In this document: positions 9,372 through 18,243 of the stretch, piece by piece
Layout of the letters: every line of letters begins with the position of its first letter
Position numbering within the stretch: position 1 is the stretch's first letter
IMG/VR virus record: IMGVR_UViG_3300032280_000411
Location: 1 to 44,875 of that record
DNA length: 44,875 bases
Strand: one strand, 5' to 3'
Origin: a virus
Taxonomy: Duplodnaviria > Caudoviricetes
Notes under the pieces: model-generated
Database searches by the model: none
Told to the model about the DNA's origin: nothing
The model's input: the letters and a program-made list of their open reading frames with translations, nothing else
Made by a program: the position numbers and the translations under genes

Positions 9372-11498
9372 TTAGCCTTGGCTTGGCTGTAATGGTTGGG
9401 CTTGCACCCCTGTTGATAAAGGACTCATCGCTTGAATGTCCTGGCCTTGGAGATTCGGCGACCCGCCCATGAGACTGCCAATGTTTGCAACGCTGGCATC
9501 ACTCATCATGTCTAGTTGCTGCTGGTTCATTCCCTGCGATTGCAGACGGTTCATGAGCCACATGAGAGACTCGTATGGTAGCCTCGCACGTTTTGGCAGC
9601 TTGTCAGGATTGCTTGGGTCAGACACGTAGAAGTCACATGCTACTAAGTATCCACCCGTCGGAACAAAGCCATCCTTCATCGCTTGAAGCTTGGCTTGCT
9701 CTTCAGCTAGAAGTTGACTGTGCTCTTGGTAAACCTGCTGGTAAACTTGCTGAACTTCAGGCGGAAGGAAGTCAAAGTCTGGTGACTTCATCCTGTTGTC
9801 CAGTCTGGAGATTGTGTAAGTATGGTTGTCATTTGGCTTAGGCTGAACGTATTCACCACGGTCTAGCCTTAGTATGGTGTTTGTTGCTATGTCATAGTCT
9901 AAGGTCATGTCATCAAACAGACGCTCATTATTGACATAGGGCATCATCCTGAGAATCTTACCAACATCCTGTGGAGCCATGTTTGCTCCGCTGTATTGTA
10001 GAATGTGGTTCAGGGTCAGCTGTCTACCCATCATAGACTCTACATCAGTTGACGATGATTCTGTCTCAATGGAGTACGATAGGTCTGGAGTGTTTACCCA
10101 CTCGCTGACATTGACCATCTCGTTTCGTCCGACGATAGGAACTATTCTTTCAGGTGTGTAGTAGAACTTAGTCATCTTAAGCACTTTTTTGCAGACTGCC
10201 TTGATGAACTTCTCGTACTTCTCACCCCAGATAATAAACTTCTTTTTTTCTTTGATTGTTCTAAAGAGCATCCCGTATGGGTCTACTTGACCATTATCTT
10301 TTTCAACGGTGTCTTCAGAGACCATGGATATGTTGTAAAGCTCAGAGATACAGTCAGATAGATATCCAACGAACTGATCACCACTTCGCCCTGGTATTAC
10401 TGTGGGGTCTTGTCCTACGACTTGAATAGCCTTGATACCGTGGGCTTCACCACCGGACTCCATGCTAGAGCCGTTTCTAAGAATGATTTTGTCCATACCA
10501 AGGGTAAGCTGTGTCTGGACGATGCTGGATGCTGCTCTGTTTATCTCGGCTTGGATTGGTCTAAGTTGCTTGATCATGGAGTACCCACGACAGCTAGTCG
10601 GGAACTCGTCAAAGCCTACGATTTCAAAAGGCCACTCACCATTTGGAAGCTCACCTTCAAACAAGATGCCATCCTCAGTGCAGATGTAGTAATAGCCATT
10701 TGGATACGTGTGACAAGGTTTGAAATAGAACTCTTTAGTGAGTGTCTGTGTCTTACTTTCAGTGTAGCTATTGGTCTGACCATCAAAAACTTGGTAGGTT
10801 TGTTTGCTTGACTCATGGACAAGCTTAACAAGGTCATCATCAAAGCTGACCATTTCTCTCAAGGTTTTAGTGTCAACCATCTTACGAACACACACCCACC
10901 TGCACTCGTCCCAAGCCTTAGCCTCTGGGTCACGCAGTAGGTTAAAGCCGAGCACTCTCTCGACAATGACCTCACCTTCAAACTTAGGTTTGGCTTTTGG
11001 TTGCCCATCTTCCCCAACAACCGGCATACCCATCTCGTCAAGCTCTGGCTCATAGCCTAGAAACTTACCAGCGTTAGGGTCAAAGAATATCTTTACAATA
11101 GCCTCACCGATCTCAGTGAAGTCTTGTACGAGCTTTCTATTTTTGCTTTCAAAGTCAGAACGCTCTCTCCAGTCTGCCCAGACAGCCGTAGCCATCTCAG
11201 CAATCTTTTGATCTTGCAGTTCGCTATCGTTTTTAGCTTTGATCTTGACGCCTGGTGAATGGGCAAGAATATTATTTTGATAGCTTGTCATAATCTTTTT
11301 AAGATGATTACGAACAATTCTAACCTTTTGATCTTTTTGTAAATGACCTGCTGAACGCTGCAAAAACTCACGCATCTTTTTAGCGTAGTGATTGCCGGAA
11401 CAAAGCAAGACGTTACTTCTCTGCTCTGCGAACAACTCTGTGTCAATGCTTTCAGCCTGGGTGTACAGAGTATTCAGGTCAGATATCGTCTTGTTCAC
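9372..11498 (-). CDS. Portal protein (P22-like size)
   Basis: 708 aa after terL; motifs IGEAIVKIFFDP, LLRDPEAK, GYSMIKQLRPIQAEINR; Q/M-rich C-terminal tail. Confidence 0.88.
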   Translation of the reverse strand: MNKTISDLNTLYTQAESIDTELFAEQRSNVLLCSGNHYAKKMREFLQRSAGHLQKDQKVRIVRNHLKKIMTSYQNNILAHSPGVKIKAKNDSELQDQKIAEMATAVWADWRERSDFESKNRKLVQDFTEIGEAIVKIFFDPNAGKFLGYEPELDEMGMPVVGEDGQPKAKPKFEGEVIVERVLGFNLLRDPEAKAWDECRWVCVRKMVDTKTLREMVSFDDDLVKLVHESSKQTYQVFDGQTNSYTESKTQTLTKEFYFKPCHTYPNGYYYICTEDGILFEGELPNGEWPFEIVGFDEFPTSCRGYSMIKQLRPIQAEINRAASSIVQTQLTLGMDKIILRNGSSMESGGEAHGIKAIQVVGQDPTVIPGRSGDQFVGYLSDCISELYNISMVSEDTVEKDNGQVDPYGMLFRTIKEKKKFIIWGEKYEKFIKAVCKKVLKMTKFYYTPERIVPIVGRNEMVNVSEWVNTPDLSYSIETESSSTDVESMMGRQLTLNHILQYSGANMAPQDVGKILRMMPYVNNERLFDDMTLDYDIATNTILRLDRGEYVQPKPNDNHTYTISRLDNRMKSPDFDFLPPEVQQVYQQVYQEHSQLLAEEQAKLQAMKDGFVPTGGYLVACDFYVSDPSNPDKLPKRARLPYESLMWLMNRLQSQGMNQQQLDMMSDASVANIGSLMGGSPNLQGQDIQAMSPLSTGVQAQPLQPSQG

Positions 11499-11743
11499 TC
11501 TTGCGCCCTCATTAATGCTTCTTCAAATGCAAGGGGGTCTTCAATAAGAAGCTGGTCAGTGTCTTGAGGAGCTTTACCGCTGGTGGTTTTATTTTCGTGT
11601 AGTGGGTCTCGAATGAACGAATCATTAACGAGCTTAAGAGATAATCCACCAGCAGAAAACTCCGTGACAGCGTTCTTCCGACATGTCTCCATGAGAATTA
11701 CGATGTCATCGACAGTAAATGCTAAATTACTTTCATGGTTCAT
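11495..11743 (-). CDS. Hypothetical protein between terL and portal
   Basis: GAGGGG RBS; overlaps the portal start by 4 nt. Confidence 0.7.
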   Translation of the reverse strand: MNHESNLAFTVDDIVILMETCRKNAVTEFSAGGLSLKLVNDSFIRDPLHENKTTSGKAPQDTDQLLIEDPLAFEEALMRAQE

Positions 11744-11760
11744 GGCATCCCCCTCGTGGC

Positions 11761-13269
11761 TTAATAGCCAAGAAATTCACAGTCATTGTTCCATTCTTCA
11801 AATTCATCTATGAGCAAATCGATACCAGTGCGCCTGTCATCATAGATACGCTGACGACCGCTATAGGTTACTATCTCTTTGTCTTGCTGCTTTTTTGGCC
11901 TTTCAACCATGACCCATGGAATGTCTACAATTGCGTAGCGCAATGCGTCGATGAGGTCATCCTTAGCATGTGTCTTGTCTGCACCGCTTGAAGCACTGGA
12001 TAGCTCGGTACAAAGCTTTTCACTTTCACTGTCGATCAAACAGATATCAAGTATGCCCAGGCGAAACAGGTCATTGAGGATACCAAAGCCAAGGGTTCTA
12101 TCTTTCTTAGCTCTGACAAAGCCCTCACCAGCACGTTCTGCAAGGATGCCGTAGTCTTTACCGATACCGCCAAAGTCGTAGGTCTCTTGTATGCAGCGTC
12201 TACCATTACGCATGGTTTGATACTTAGCCAGCATGTCGGCGCTACTTGTCACAACGTCATCGCCACGCCATACCTCCACGACCTTGCCATGCTTATAGTC
12301 TGGACTGACCGCTACGAAGACAAACGCCGCTGGATGTCCTCTGCCACCGCCTGTGCCCGCATCTGTCCCTGAGTACCACTTCCAGTCGTCTGGTATCTTG
12401 CAGTCTGTTGTTGTGTTCTTGTCACGCCTAAAGCCGTTGACCAATAGACCATCGACACGAACAAACTTACCGTAGACACGACGCTGTACCTCGATGGGAT
12501 CAGAACACGACCGTTCGATCTCTTGGATGTATTCAACCGTCCACTTGCTAGGCATACCGTTAGCGTAGTTAAGGCAGTCGTACATACTGATCTGCCTCTT
12601 GAAAGCGTCTGGAAAATTTTCTTTCTCACCGTCTTTTGGCTCAATGGTCATTCTCCAAAATTCTTGACCACGAGTCGCAGTAAATACCATGTGGAAATAT
12701 CCACGATTTGAAATACCGATAAGGCGAACGTTTACTTCGTCAAAAAGATGCTTTGGCATTTCTTCGTCTGCAAAAATAGCGAAGACTGAACTGGCCTGCA
12801 AGCTTGCACCTGATTGCTCATAGGTGCGGAAGTAGATAGTTACCCCAGAATTAAAAAAAATTGCGTGAATTTTCTTTCGGTTGTCATACTCACAACGCCA
12901 TCCATAGTCAGGATGTTCTTTCATCGCACCACGAGGAAGAAACTCTTTAAACCATTTTTCATGAAACTCAATAGTTGCTTGGCTTGCATCAGCATAGAAG
13001 TACCAGAACTGTGTTGGTTGTTTCCCCCACAGCTTTGGCCACAACTCGCGACAAGTTGCCCAATGAATAGCCTTGCATATCTGAATGGATGACTTACCAA
13101 TCTGATTGGCAGCCGTTAGAAAATTATAGCGATTTGTAGATTCAAAGAAGTCTATCTGCCACTGGTACTTTTCAAGCCCGTAAAGGTGAGGCAACATCTC
13201 CTGTTGCTGTCTCTTTAGCTCCAGTAGCTTCAAGTATTCCTTCTTCGTCCTCTCGCTCGACTTCGACAT
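11761..13269 (-). CDS. terL: Terminase large subunit
   Basis: Walker A AANQIGKS, Walker B FADEE, motif III FTAT, RNase H-like nuclease residues GTDAG...DDLIDALRY. Confidence 0.93.
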   Translation of the reverse strand: MSKSSERTKKEYLKLLELKRQQQEMLPHLYGLEKYQWQIDFFESTNRYNFLTAANQIGKSSIQICKAIHWATCRELWPKLWGKQPTQFWYFYADASQATIEFHEKWFKEFLPRGAMKEHPDYGWRCEYDNRKKIHAIFFNSGVTIYFRTYEQSGASLQASSVFAIFADEEMPKHLFDEVNVRLIGISNRGYFHMVFTATRGQEFWRMTIEPKDGEKENFPDAFKRQISMYDCLNYANGMPSKWTVEYIQEIERSCSDPIEVQRRVYGKFVRVDGLLVNGFRRDKNTTTDCKIPDDWKWYSGTDAGTGGGRGHPAAFVFVAVSPDYKHGKVVEVWRGDDVVTSSADMLAKYQTMRNGRRCIQETYDFGGIGKDYGILAERAGEGFVRAKKDRTLGFGILNDLFRLGILDICLIDSESEKLCTELSSASSGADKTHAKDDLIDALRYAIVDIPWVMVERPKKQQDKEIVTYSGRQRIYDDRRTGIDLLIDEFEEWNNDCEFLGY

Positions 13270-13879
13270 CTATGGATTCCTTGGGCTTTGGTAGACGTTT
13301 AAGTTCACTCTCAAGCTCAGCAATACGCTTATCAATGTCATCATTGTTAGTGACCAAGACCTTTGGCTTTTGACTTTCAATGTTGAGGTTGACTGACTGA
13401 ACACGCTGAACAGCAAGACCTTTAGCCCGTTGCTCAACCATGCGTATTGTCTCAAGAACAAGCTGACCACGTTTAACGTCGATACGTCCGTCGTCGTCAT
13501 GAATATCCATATCCATGATTTCCCATAACCTCTCGGTTCCACGAGTCAGCAGTGCCTCGACTTCCTTCTCGTAGACCTGCGTAGGACGACAAAGCCATGC
13601 CAGCTTAAATTGATTTTTTAAGATGTGGTTTCTGAAATAGTTTGGAGTCGCTATCCCGCCGTAAACATCTCGTGTTGTAACCATCCCACCTGTTGAGTCT
13701 GCTTTTTGATACTCACGCCAAAAGCTTGTTTTAAGTGCGTAGTCCAGCGGTGTCGGCTTTACCATCGACTTCAGCTCAGGCTCAGACAGCTCACACACAG
13801 CGGGAGCCATCTGCTCCATAGCGTCGGTGAACTCTTTACTGACAAGGGAATAAAAATGATCGTCTGCGAATTTAGTCAT
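13172..13879 (-). CDS. Putative terminase small subunit
   Basis: First gene of the late operon, directly upstream of and overlapping terL; helical with C-terminal DDIDKRIAELE coil; assignment is positional. Confidence 0.55.
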   Translation of the reverse strand: MTKFADDHFYSLVSKEFTDAMEQMAPAVCELSEPELKSMVKPTPLDYALKTSFWREYQKADSTGGMVTTRDVYGGIATPNYFRNHILKNQFKLAWLCRPTQVYEKEVEALLTRGTERLWEIMDMDIHDDDGRIDVKRGQLVLETIRMVEQRAKGLAVQRVQSVNLNIESQKPKVLVTNNDDIDKRIAELESELKRLPKPKESIDVEVEREDEEGILEATGAKETATGDVASPLRA

Positions 13880-13885
13880 GCCTTG

Positions 13886-13894
13886 ATGCTATCA
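13886..13894 (-). promoter_or_regulatory. Candidate extended -10 late promoter giving a leaderless terS mRNA
   Basis: Minus strand TG-A-TAGCAT 6 nt upstream of the ATG; no Shine-Dalgarno; weak -35. Confidence 0.4.
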
Positions 13895-13994
13895 ATCACA
13901 AATCTGTAAACCTAGCTTGCAGTGTCCCATCGTTAGGTTTGTTCACAGTAATAGTTTTATGACGCCGTGAGAAAATTTAAATTTGGAGGTGTCT

Positions 13995-15050
13995 ATGAAA
14001 TTACTATTACCCATTCTATTGTTTGCATCTCAAAGCTTCTCACAGGACATTACTGATAACAAAGGACGAGGATTGATCTACAAAGGTCATCAACCACGAT
14101 ACGGAAAAACTTACTCAACATTTTCAAATTGCGAGAACTTGCCAAAAGAATTTGACCTGCGTGATCTTGGTATTGTTCCTCCCGTCCGAGATCAAGGTTC
14201 GTGCGGTAGCTGTTGGGCTTTCTCAAAGACTGCAAGCCTAGAGTCGGCACATGCTTTGATGAATGGAGAACTGCTTGACCTTAGTGAGCAGGAGCTTGTC
14301 AGTTGTGACAAACAATCCTGGGGATGTCGAGGAGGCTTCCTATCTGACTTTCGCTATCAGATCGAATTTGGACAAGGACTTGAAAAAGACTTTCCCTACA
14401 AAGCAAGAGACCTATCTTGCAGAAAAATACCTGCCGCAGCTAAAGGCTCAGGATATTTTTACGCAGGAAAGCCAGACAGAGCGCCTTCCCAAAAAGAAGT
14501 TATGTGTGCACTGTACAATTCCAAAACGGTGCCTTGGACCGTCGTATCGGCTGAGGGACAATGGGATGTTGCTCCTACTGGAGACGACGGGATTATGCAA
14601 CGGTGCAATAGCCGAGACATTAACCATGCTGTTGGACTCGTTGGCTGGAAAACAATCGGGGATAAAGTTTACTTTAAAGTTAGAAACTCCTGGGGTAATG
14701 ACTGGGGAAGTACGGCTGGAAGACCTGGTGCCGAAAAAGGTTACACTCTCGCTCCACACCTATGTAACCTTCTAAATGAGGAAGTTGCCTACATCGTTAC
14801 AGATAAAACCTGTAAGCCACCATCACTCGACAATGCTGCTACGTTTATCGTCAAAGCTAACCGTGACACCACACTATCCGTTCAAGAGCTTGAACTCGAC
14901 ACAACCTATGTTTGGTATGTTGGGGATCTTAAGGTAGGACGTGGACCGGCGATCATTATCAACGAAGACAGACCACAAACCTACAAGGTCGTTGCAAAGA
15001 ATAAGTGTGGACAGTCAGAAAGTCTGATCCAAGTTGAGGTGGAGCTATGA
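13995..15050 (+). CDS. Secreted papain-family (C1A) cysteine protease with C-terminal Ig/PKD-like domain
   Basis: GGAGG RBS; signal peptide MKLLLPILLFASQSFS; LPKEFDLR, DQGSCGSCWAF (catalytic Cys), LSEQELVSCD, GCRGG, INHAV (His), VRNSWG (Asn). Confidence 0.93.
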   Translation: MKLLLPILLFASQSFSQDITDNKGRGLIYKGHQPRYGKTYSTFSNCENLPKEFDLRDLGIVPPVRDQGSCGSCWAFSKTASLESAHALMNGELLDLSEQELVSCDKQSWGCRGGFLSDFRYQIEFGQGLEKDFPYKARDLSCRKIPAAAKGSGYFYAGKPDRAPSQKEVMCALYNSKTVPWTVVSAEGQWDVAPTGDDGIMQRCNSRDINHAVGLVGWKTIGDKVYFKVRNSWGNDWGSTAGRPGAEKGYTLAPHLCNLLNEEVAYIVTDKTCKPPSLDNAATFIVKANRDTTLSVQELELDTTYVWYVGDLKVGRGPAIIINEDRPQTYKVVAKNKCGQSESLIQVEVEL

Positions 15051-15880
15051 AAAAGTTTTTATCTTGTGTCGTTGTTGCCATCTTGTTCAACGTAGCCTGT
15101 GGTGATGAGACCACTAACAACATCTCCAACTACTATGGTGACCTCGACACGATCGATATTGAGCAGGGTGTGGACATTGACGTGCCATGGTTTACGAAAG
15201 TAGAGCAAACCAAGATCAAAGCAGAGCTATCTGTTGATATACCCCCTACAAAGCCACCATTAAACCTTGATAAAACAGAGCGAAAAGAGGTCATTTTAGA
15301 CGTTAAAAACACCCTCTCAGACAGGGTAGAAACAGCTAAAAAGGTGGATAAAAGCCTACAAAACATGGTCCGACTGGCTACATTTACCCTCAGAAAGAAG
15401 GGTTACTACGAGGAAGCTACCAGAATTGAGCAAGAATACAGTGAACGCTACAGCAATTACACGTTTAGTCACGCTATTGGTGCTGTTCAAGACATCGGAG
15501 ACCACCCACCCATGTGGGAATGGCTTGATAAACTAGAAAAAGACTTGCGAGCACTGCTGGGTGACTTCGTTATGCAGGTGACTAGGCTAGAAGACCTCAA
15601 GGTTTTTAACTATGCGATACCAATTGTGCTACATCCAGACGGTGATATCCGTACAGAGCCGCCTACTCTCATCACAAAGCTCGACTACAAGCAGCACTTT
15701 GTACCTTTTGCAGGAGCACTGGGCTACTGGACAGCTTGGGGAGTGTGTACCGGCGCTACTTGGGGACTTGGTGCAGTGATTTTTATCTGTAGTCCAGTCG
15801 GTATGGTGACAGAACGAGTCGTCGAGACGAGAATTGCTCCAGATTTGTCAGACAAAATATGGGAACGCTATAACGATTAG
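15047..15880 (+). CDS. Lipoprotein of unknown function with C-terminal hydrophobic Gly-rich hairpin
   Basis: MKK plus hydrophobic stretch plus lipobox-like NVA-C; ATGA overlap with the protease gene. Confidence 0.75.
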   Translation: MKKFLSCVVVAILFNVACGDETTNNISNYYGDLDTIDIEQGVDIDVPWFTKVEQTKIKAELSVDIPPTKPPLNLDKTERKEVILDVKNTLSDRVETAKKVDKSLQNMVRLATFTLRKKGYYEEATRIEQEYSERYSNYTFSHAIGAVQDIGDHPPMWEWLDKLEKDLRALLGDFVMQVTRLEDLKVFNYAIPIVLHPDGDIRTEPPTLITKLDYKQHFVPFAGALGYWTAWGVCTGATWGLGAVIFICSPVGMVTERVVETRIAPDLSDKIWERYND

Positions 15881-16215
15881 TCTTGGCTACAGTCTTGAAG
15901 CCTGGTCACGTAACGGTGTACTAGGCTTTTTGCTAGGCTAAGCTTCTGGGCAATGCTTGTCACACTGTAACCAGCACACTTCAGCTCAGTGATTTCCTTC
16001 AAAACCTCATCGCTTACCTTGCTACGGTTCTTATGCTTACGCCTTACCTTCCACATGTCACAAATTTCTTGGCAACGAAAGCGCATCAGCTCTTTATCGC
16101 CACGCTTGAACCTGCGAAATATCCGTAACAGATGAGTACGGCAAAGGGGGATTTGTAGATTGTCTATGAAAGAGAGATTATGAACAGCCTCAGCTTCACA
16201 TACTTGGCAACCCAT
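15877..16215 (-). CDS. Zn-finger plus helix-turn-helix DNA-binding protein (candidate late regulator)
   Basis: AGGAGG RBS; CQVC...CRTH Zn ligands; C-terminal GYSVTSIAQKLSLAKSLVHRYV HTH. Confidence 0.75.
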   Translation of the reverse strand: MGCQVCEAEAVHNLSFIDNLQIPLCRTHLLRIFRRFKRGDKELMRFRCQEICDMWKVRRKHKNRSKVSDEVLKEITELKCAGYSVTSIAQKLSLAKSLVHRYVTRLQDCSQD

Positions 16216-16296
16216 ACGGCCCTCCTAGCCTTGCTGGGAAACCACCCGCTAACATCCTGTCGGCGGGTGTAACATGGAGAGTACATCACGATTCAC

Positions 16297-16331
16297 AATT
16301 ATATGTTCAACTATGCTTAATTATATGTCAA
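16297..16331 (+). promoter_or_regulatory. Tandem direct repeat AATTATATGT(T)CAA x2 between divergent genes (operator candidate)
   Basis: Copies at 16297-16310 and 16319-16331, 22 bp apart. Confidence 0.5.
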
Positions 16332-16359
16332 GCTATTAAAAACCTTGGAGGCTATTGAT

Positions 16360-16536
16360 ATGGATAAATTGTTTTGTAGATTCTGTGAAAGTAAAACAGC
16401 TGTATTGGTAACATTAGATGATAAAAACCAAGTTATCTGTCAGTGTGGCTGTCACTCACCTATCAGACATTCGAGACAAGGAGCACTACAGGCTTGGGTA
16501 AAGCTACATGGAAATAAGCGAAAAAGGGAAAATTGA
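16360..16536 (+). CDS. Lar (restriction alleviation)-like zinc-ribbon protein
   Basis: GGAGG RBS; CRFC...CQCGC...ALQAW pattern typical of the Lar family. Confidence 0.65.
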   Translation: MDKLFCRFCESKTAVLVTLDDKNQVICQCGCHSPIRHSRQGALQAWVKLHGNKRKREN

Positions 16537-16574
16537 CGCACCCGTCCATTATCCCCCACATAGTATGTATATGT

Positions 16575-16840
16575 AAGGCTCAGGTTCTCTGTGCGAACCT
16601 TCGCTATGCTTTACTTATAGACTTTAAGCTTAGCCAGTACTGGCAAGATGATAAGCTGTTGTGACATAAGCTATGGCCTGTTCTCGCAAGACAAGCCTAC
16701 AAGCTTTAAGCTATATAGTAGTGAAGCCGTTGCCACATGGCTGAACTTTTCAAAAAGTTCAACAAAACATACAGGCTAACAAGACTGTCCTGAAAGGCTA
16801 ACGCCTTATGTGATACTTTTTAAAAGTTGTAATGTCAAGC
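16575..16840. other. Non-coding palindrome/hairpin array (origin or ncRNA candidate)
   Basis: At least 8 closely spaced inverted repeats and repeated AAGC(T/C) motifs; no ORF. Confidence 0.5.
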
Positions 16841-17032
16841 ACTTTCTGAAAAACAAAGTCATCTCGGTCAACTACACGTCACGTTAAAAATGTTTCTATG
16901 AACGAGATATCAGGCACTTACACAACTTACGGCCGTATTGCTTATTTTTTGCACAATTATTTTGGTATTTTTCCAATGATGACCGCCAATATCTATCAAT
17001 GGTTGTCTATTCTGATATGTTTACATCAATGA

Positions 17033-17045
17033 TATCAATCACTTG
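17033..17045 (+). promoter_or_regulatory. IHF binding site (second near-match at 16908-16920)
   Basis: TATCAA-TCAC-TTG is a perfect WATCAANNNNTTR match. Confidence 0.55.
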
Positions 17046-17109
17046 AGACACATAGACCTTTGCGCTACGCTATCTTTTTAGCCACTACTCAAAGGGATAA
17101 ATCTCAACC

Positions 17110-17283
17110 ATGTTCAACGAAAGCAACCTCATCACCAAGCTATTTATCACGCTGGTCATCGCCTGCTACGTCATCGTGGCAAGCGTCATCTACTTCCCCG
17201 TCATCATGTACAAGCTGCTTGTCGATATGGTCGATTACGTCTGGCACGCCGAGTCTAAGCCTACGGTGTTTACCAAGTCATGA
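17110..17283 (+). CDS. Small membrane protein (57 aa; not in the ORF track)
   Basis: MFNESNLITKLFITLVIACYVIVASVIYFPVIMYKLL...; ATGA coupling to the next gene. Confidence 0.65.
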   Translation: MFNESNLITKLFITLVIACYVIVASVIYFPVIMYKLLVDMVDYVWHAESKPTVFTKS

Positions 17284-17501
17284 AAATAGCTGAACTGAAG
17301 CCTTGCATAAACAACAGCTGGTGTGTCGAGAAACACTGGGACGCTATCGTCGAGTTGGTGCAAGCCACAGAACAGCTCTACTACCACGAAGAAGTCAAGA
17401 TCGAGTCACTAACCGATAGAGGCTACCAAGCACTGCTAAGGCTTAGAGACGCTATCCAAAAGATGGAAAGGATTACCTGGACCAATGAAAAAAGTCTTTG
17501 A
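17280..17501 (+). CDS. Hypothetical protein
   Basis: Translationally coupled within a run of small plus-strand genes. Confidence 0.65.
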   Translation: MKIAELKPCINNSWCVEKHWDAIVELVQATEQLYYHEEVKIESLTDRGYQALLRLRDAIQKMERITWTNEKSL

Positions 17502-17694
17502 TGAACTACGACTACTAGCCACATACGCCATGCTTAAGCTGGCTATCATGCTCGCCCCACCAACAAGGCAAGAGAGCACTCTCATGCTTTATTACATGCG
17601 CTGCTTCCTGTCTCACGCTAACCAAATGAAAGGACAAACAGATGAAAAAAACAAAGAAACCAACCAAGAAAAAGCCTGTGTCACTAGCCACTGA
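17485..17694 (+). CDS. Hypothetical protein
   Basis: Overlapping member of the small-gene cluster. Confidence 0.55.
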   Translation: MKKVFDELRLLATYAMLKLAIMLAPPTRQESTLMLYYMRCFLSHANQMKGQTDEKNKETNQEKACVTSH

Positions 17695-17797
17695 ACAGAA
17701 AAGTCACCCAACAGCCATGGAGTTTACTATGGCTATAGTCATCATGTTGGCTTTGCTCATACTCGGTAAAACAGCTGTGATGCTTATGGGGTGGTGA
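17642..17797 (+). CDS. Small membrane protein with basic N-terminus (51 aa; not in the ORF track)
   Basis: AAGGA RBS; MKKTKKPTKKK...AIVIMLALLILGKTAVMLMGW; abuts the next gene. Confidence 0.6.
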   Translation: MKKTKKPTKKKPVSLATEQKSHPTAMEFTMAIVIMLALLILGKTAVMLMGW

Positions 17798-18007
17798 GTG
17801 AAAGCTATACTTGAGTTTAACCTGCCAGAAGAAAGAGAAGAGTTTGAGCTACACAATAAAGCTGGAAAAGTCTTCTCCGCTGTATGGGAATACGCTAATT
17901 GGCTTAGGCAAATCTGTAAGCATGGTGATCCCGATAAGGTTAATGCGCAGGCTTGTAGAGATAAGCTTTACGAAATTTTAAATGAACATGAAGTGAATGA
18001 TTTTTAG
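17798..18007 (+). CDS. Conserved phage hypothetical protein
   Basis: MKAILEFNLPEE N-terminus of a type common in phage accessory regions. Confidence 0.75.
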   Translation: MKAILEFNLPEEREEFELHNKAGKVFSAVWEYANWLRQICKHGDPDKVNAQACRDKLYEILNEHEVNDF

Positions 18008-18015
18008 GAGGATAT

Positions 18016-18243
18016 ATGTTTAACGAAACGCTGATTTGTGGACTAAAAAACGTAGACATCGAAGACAAAGACACAGTAACCTTTTACCTGACAAAAGGAC
18101 ACTGTGCAGACATGCCAGGATCGATTAAGATTGCTCAACTGCTTGTGCCAAAGGTTAAGTTGATCAAGACCTTTTCAGGCAAAGAAGTAGACACAAGGTA
18201 TGTGCGTAAAGGAAAAGATTGGAAGGCATACTTACCGAGGTGA
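18016..18243 (+). CDS. Hypothetical protein
   Basis: AGGAGG RBS. Confidence 0.75.
   Translation: MFNETLICGLKNVDIEDKDTVTFYLTKGHCADMPGSIKIAQLLVPKVKLIKTFSGKEVDTRYVRKGKDWKAYLPR

Noticed and set aside
16537-17109. CRISPR or mini-CRISPR array in the non-coding region
   Set aside because: Repeats are 5-9 bp and irregularly spaced, with no repeat-spacer periodicity and no cas genes
17060-17293. ORF-track 77-aa Ser-rich ORF
   Set aside because: Shadow frame of the better 57-aa membrane-protein ORF 17110-17283, which has an ATG and ATGA coupling
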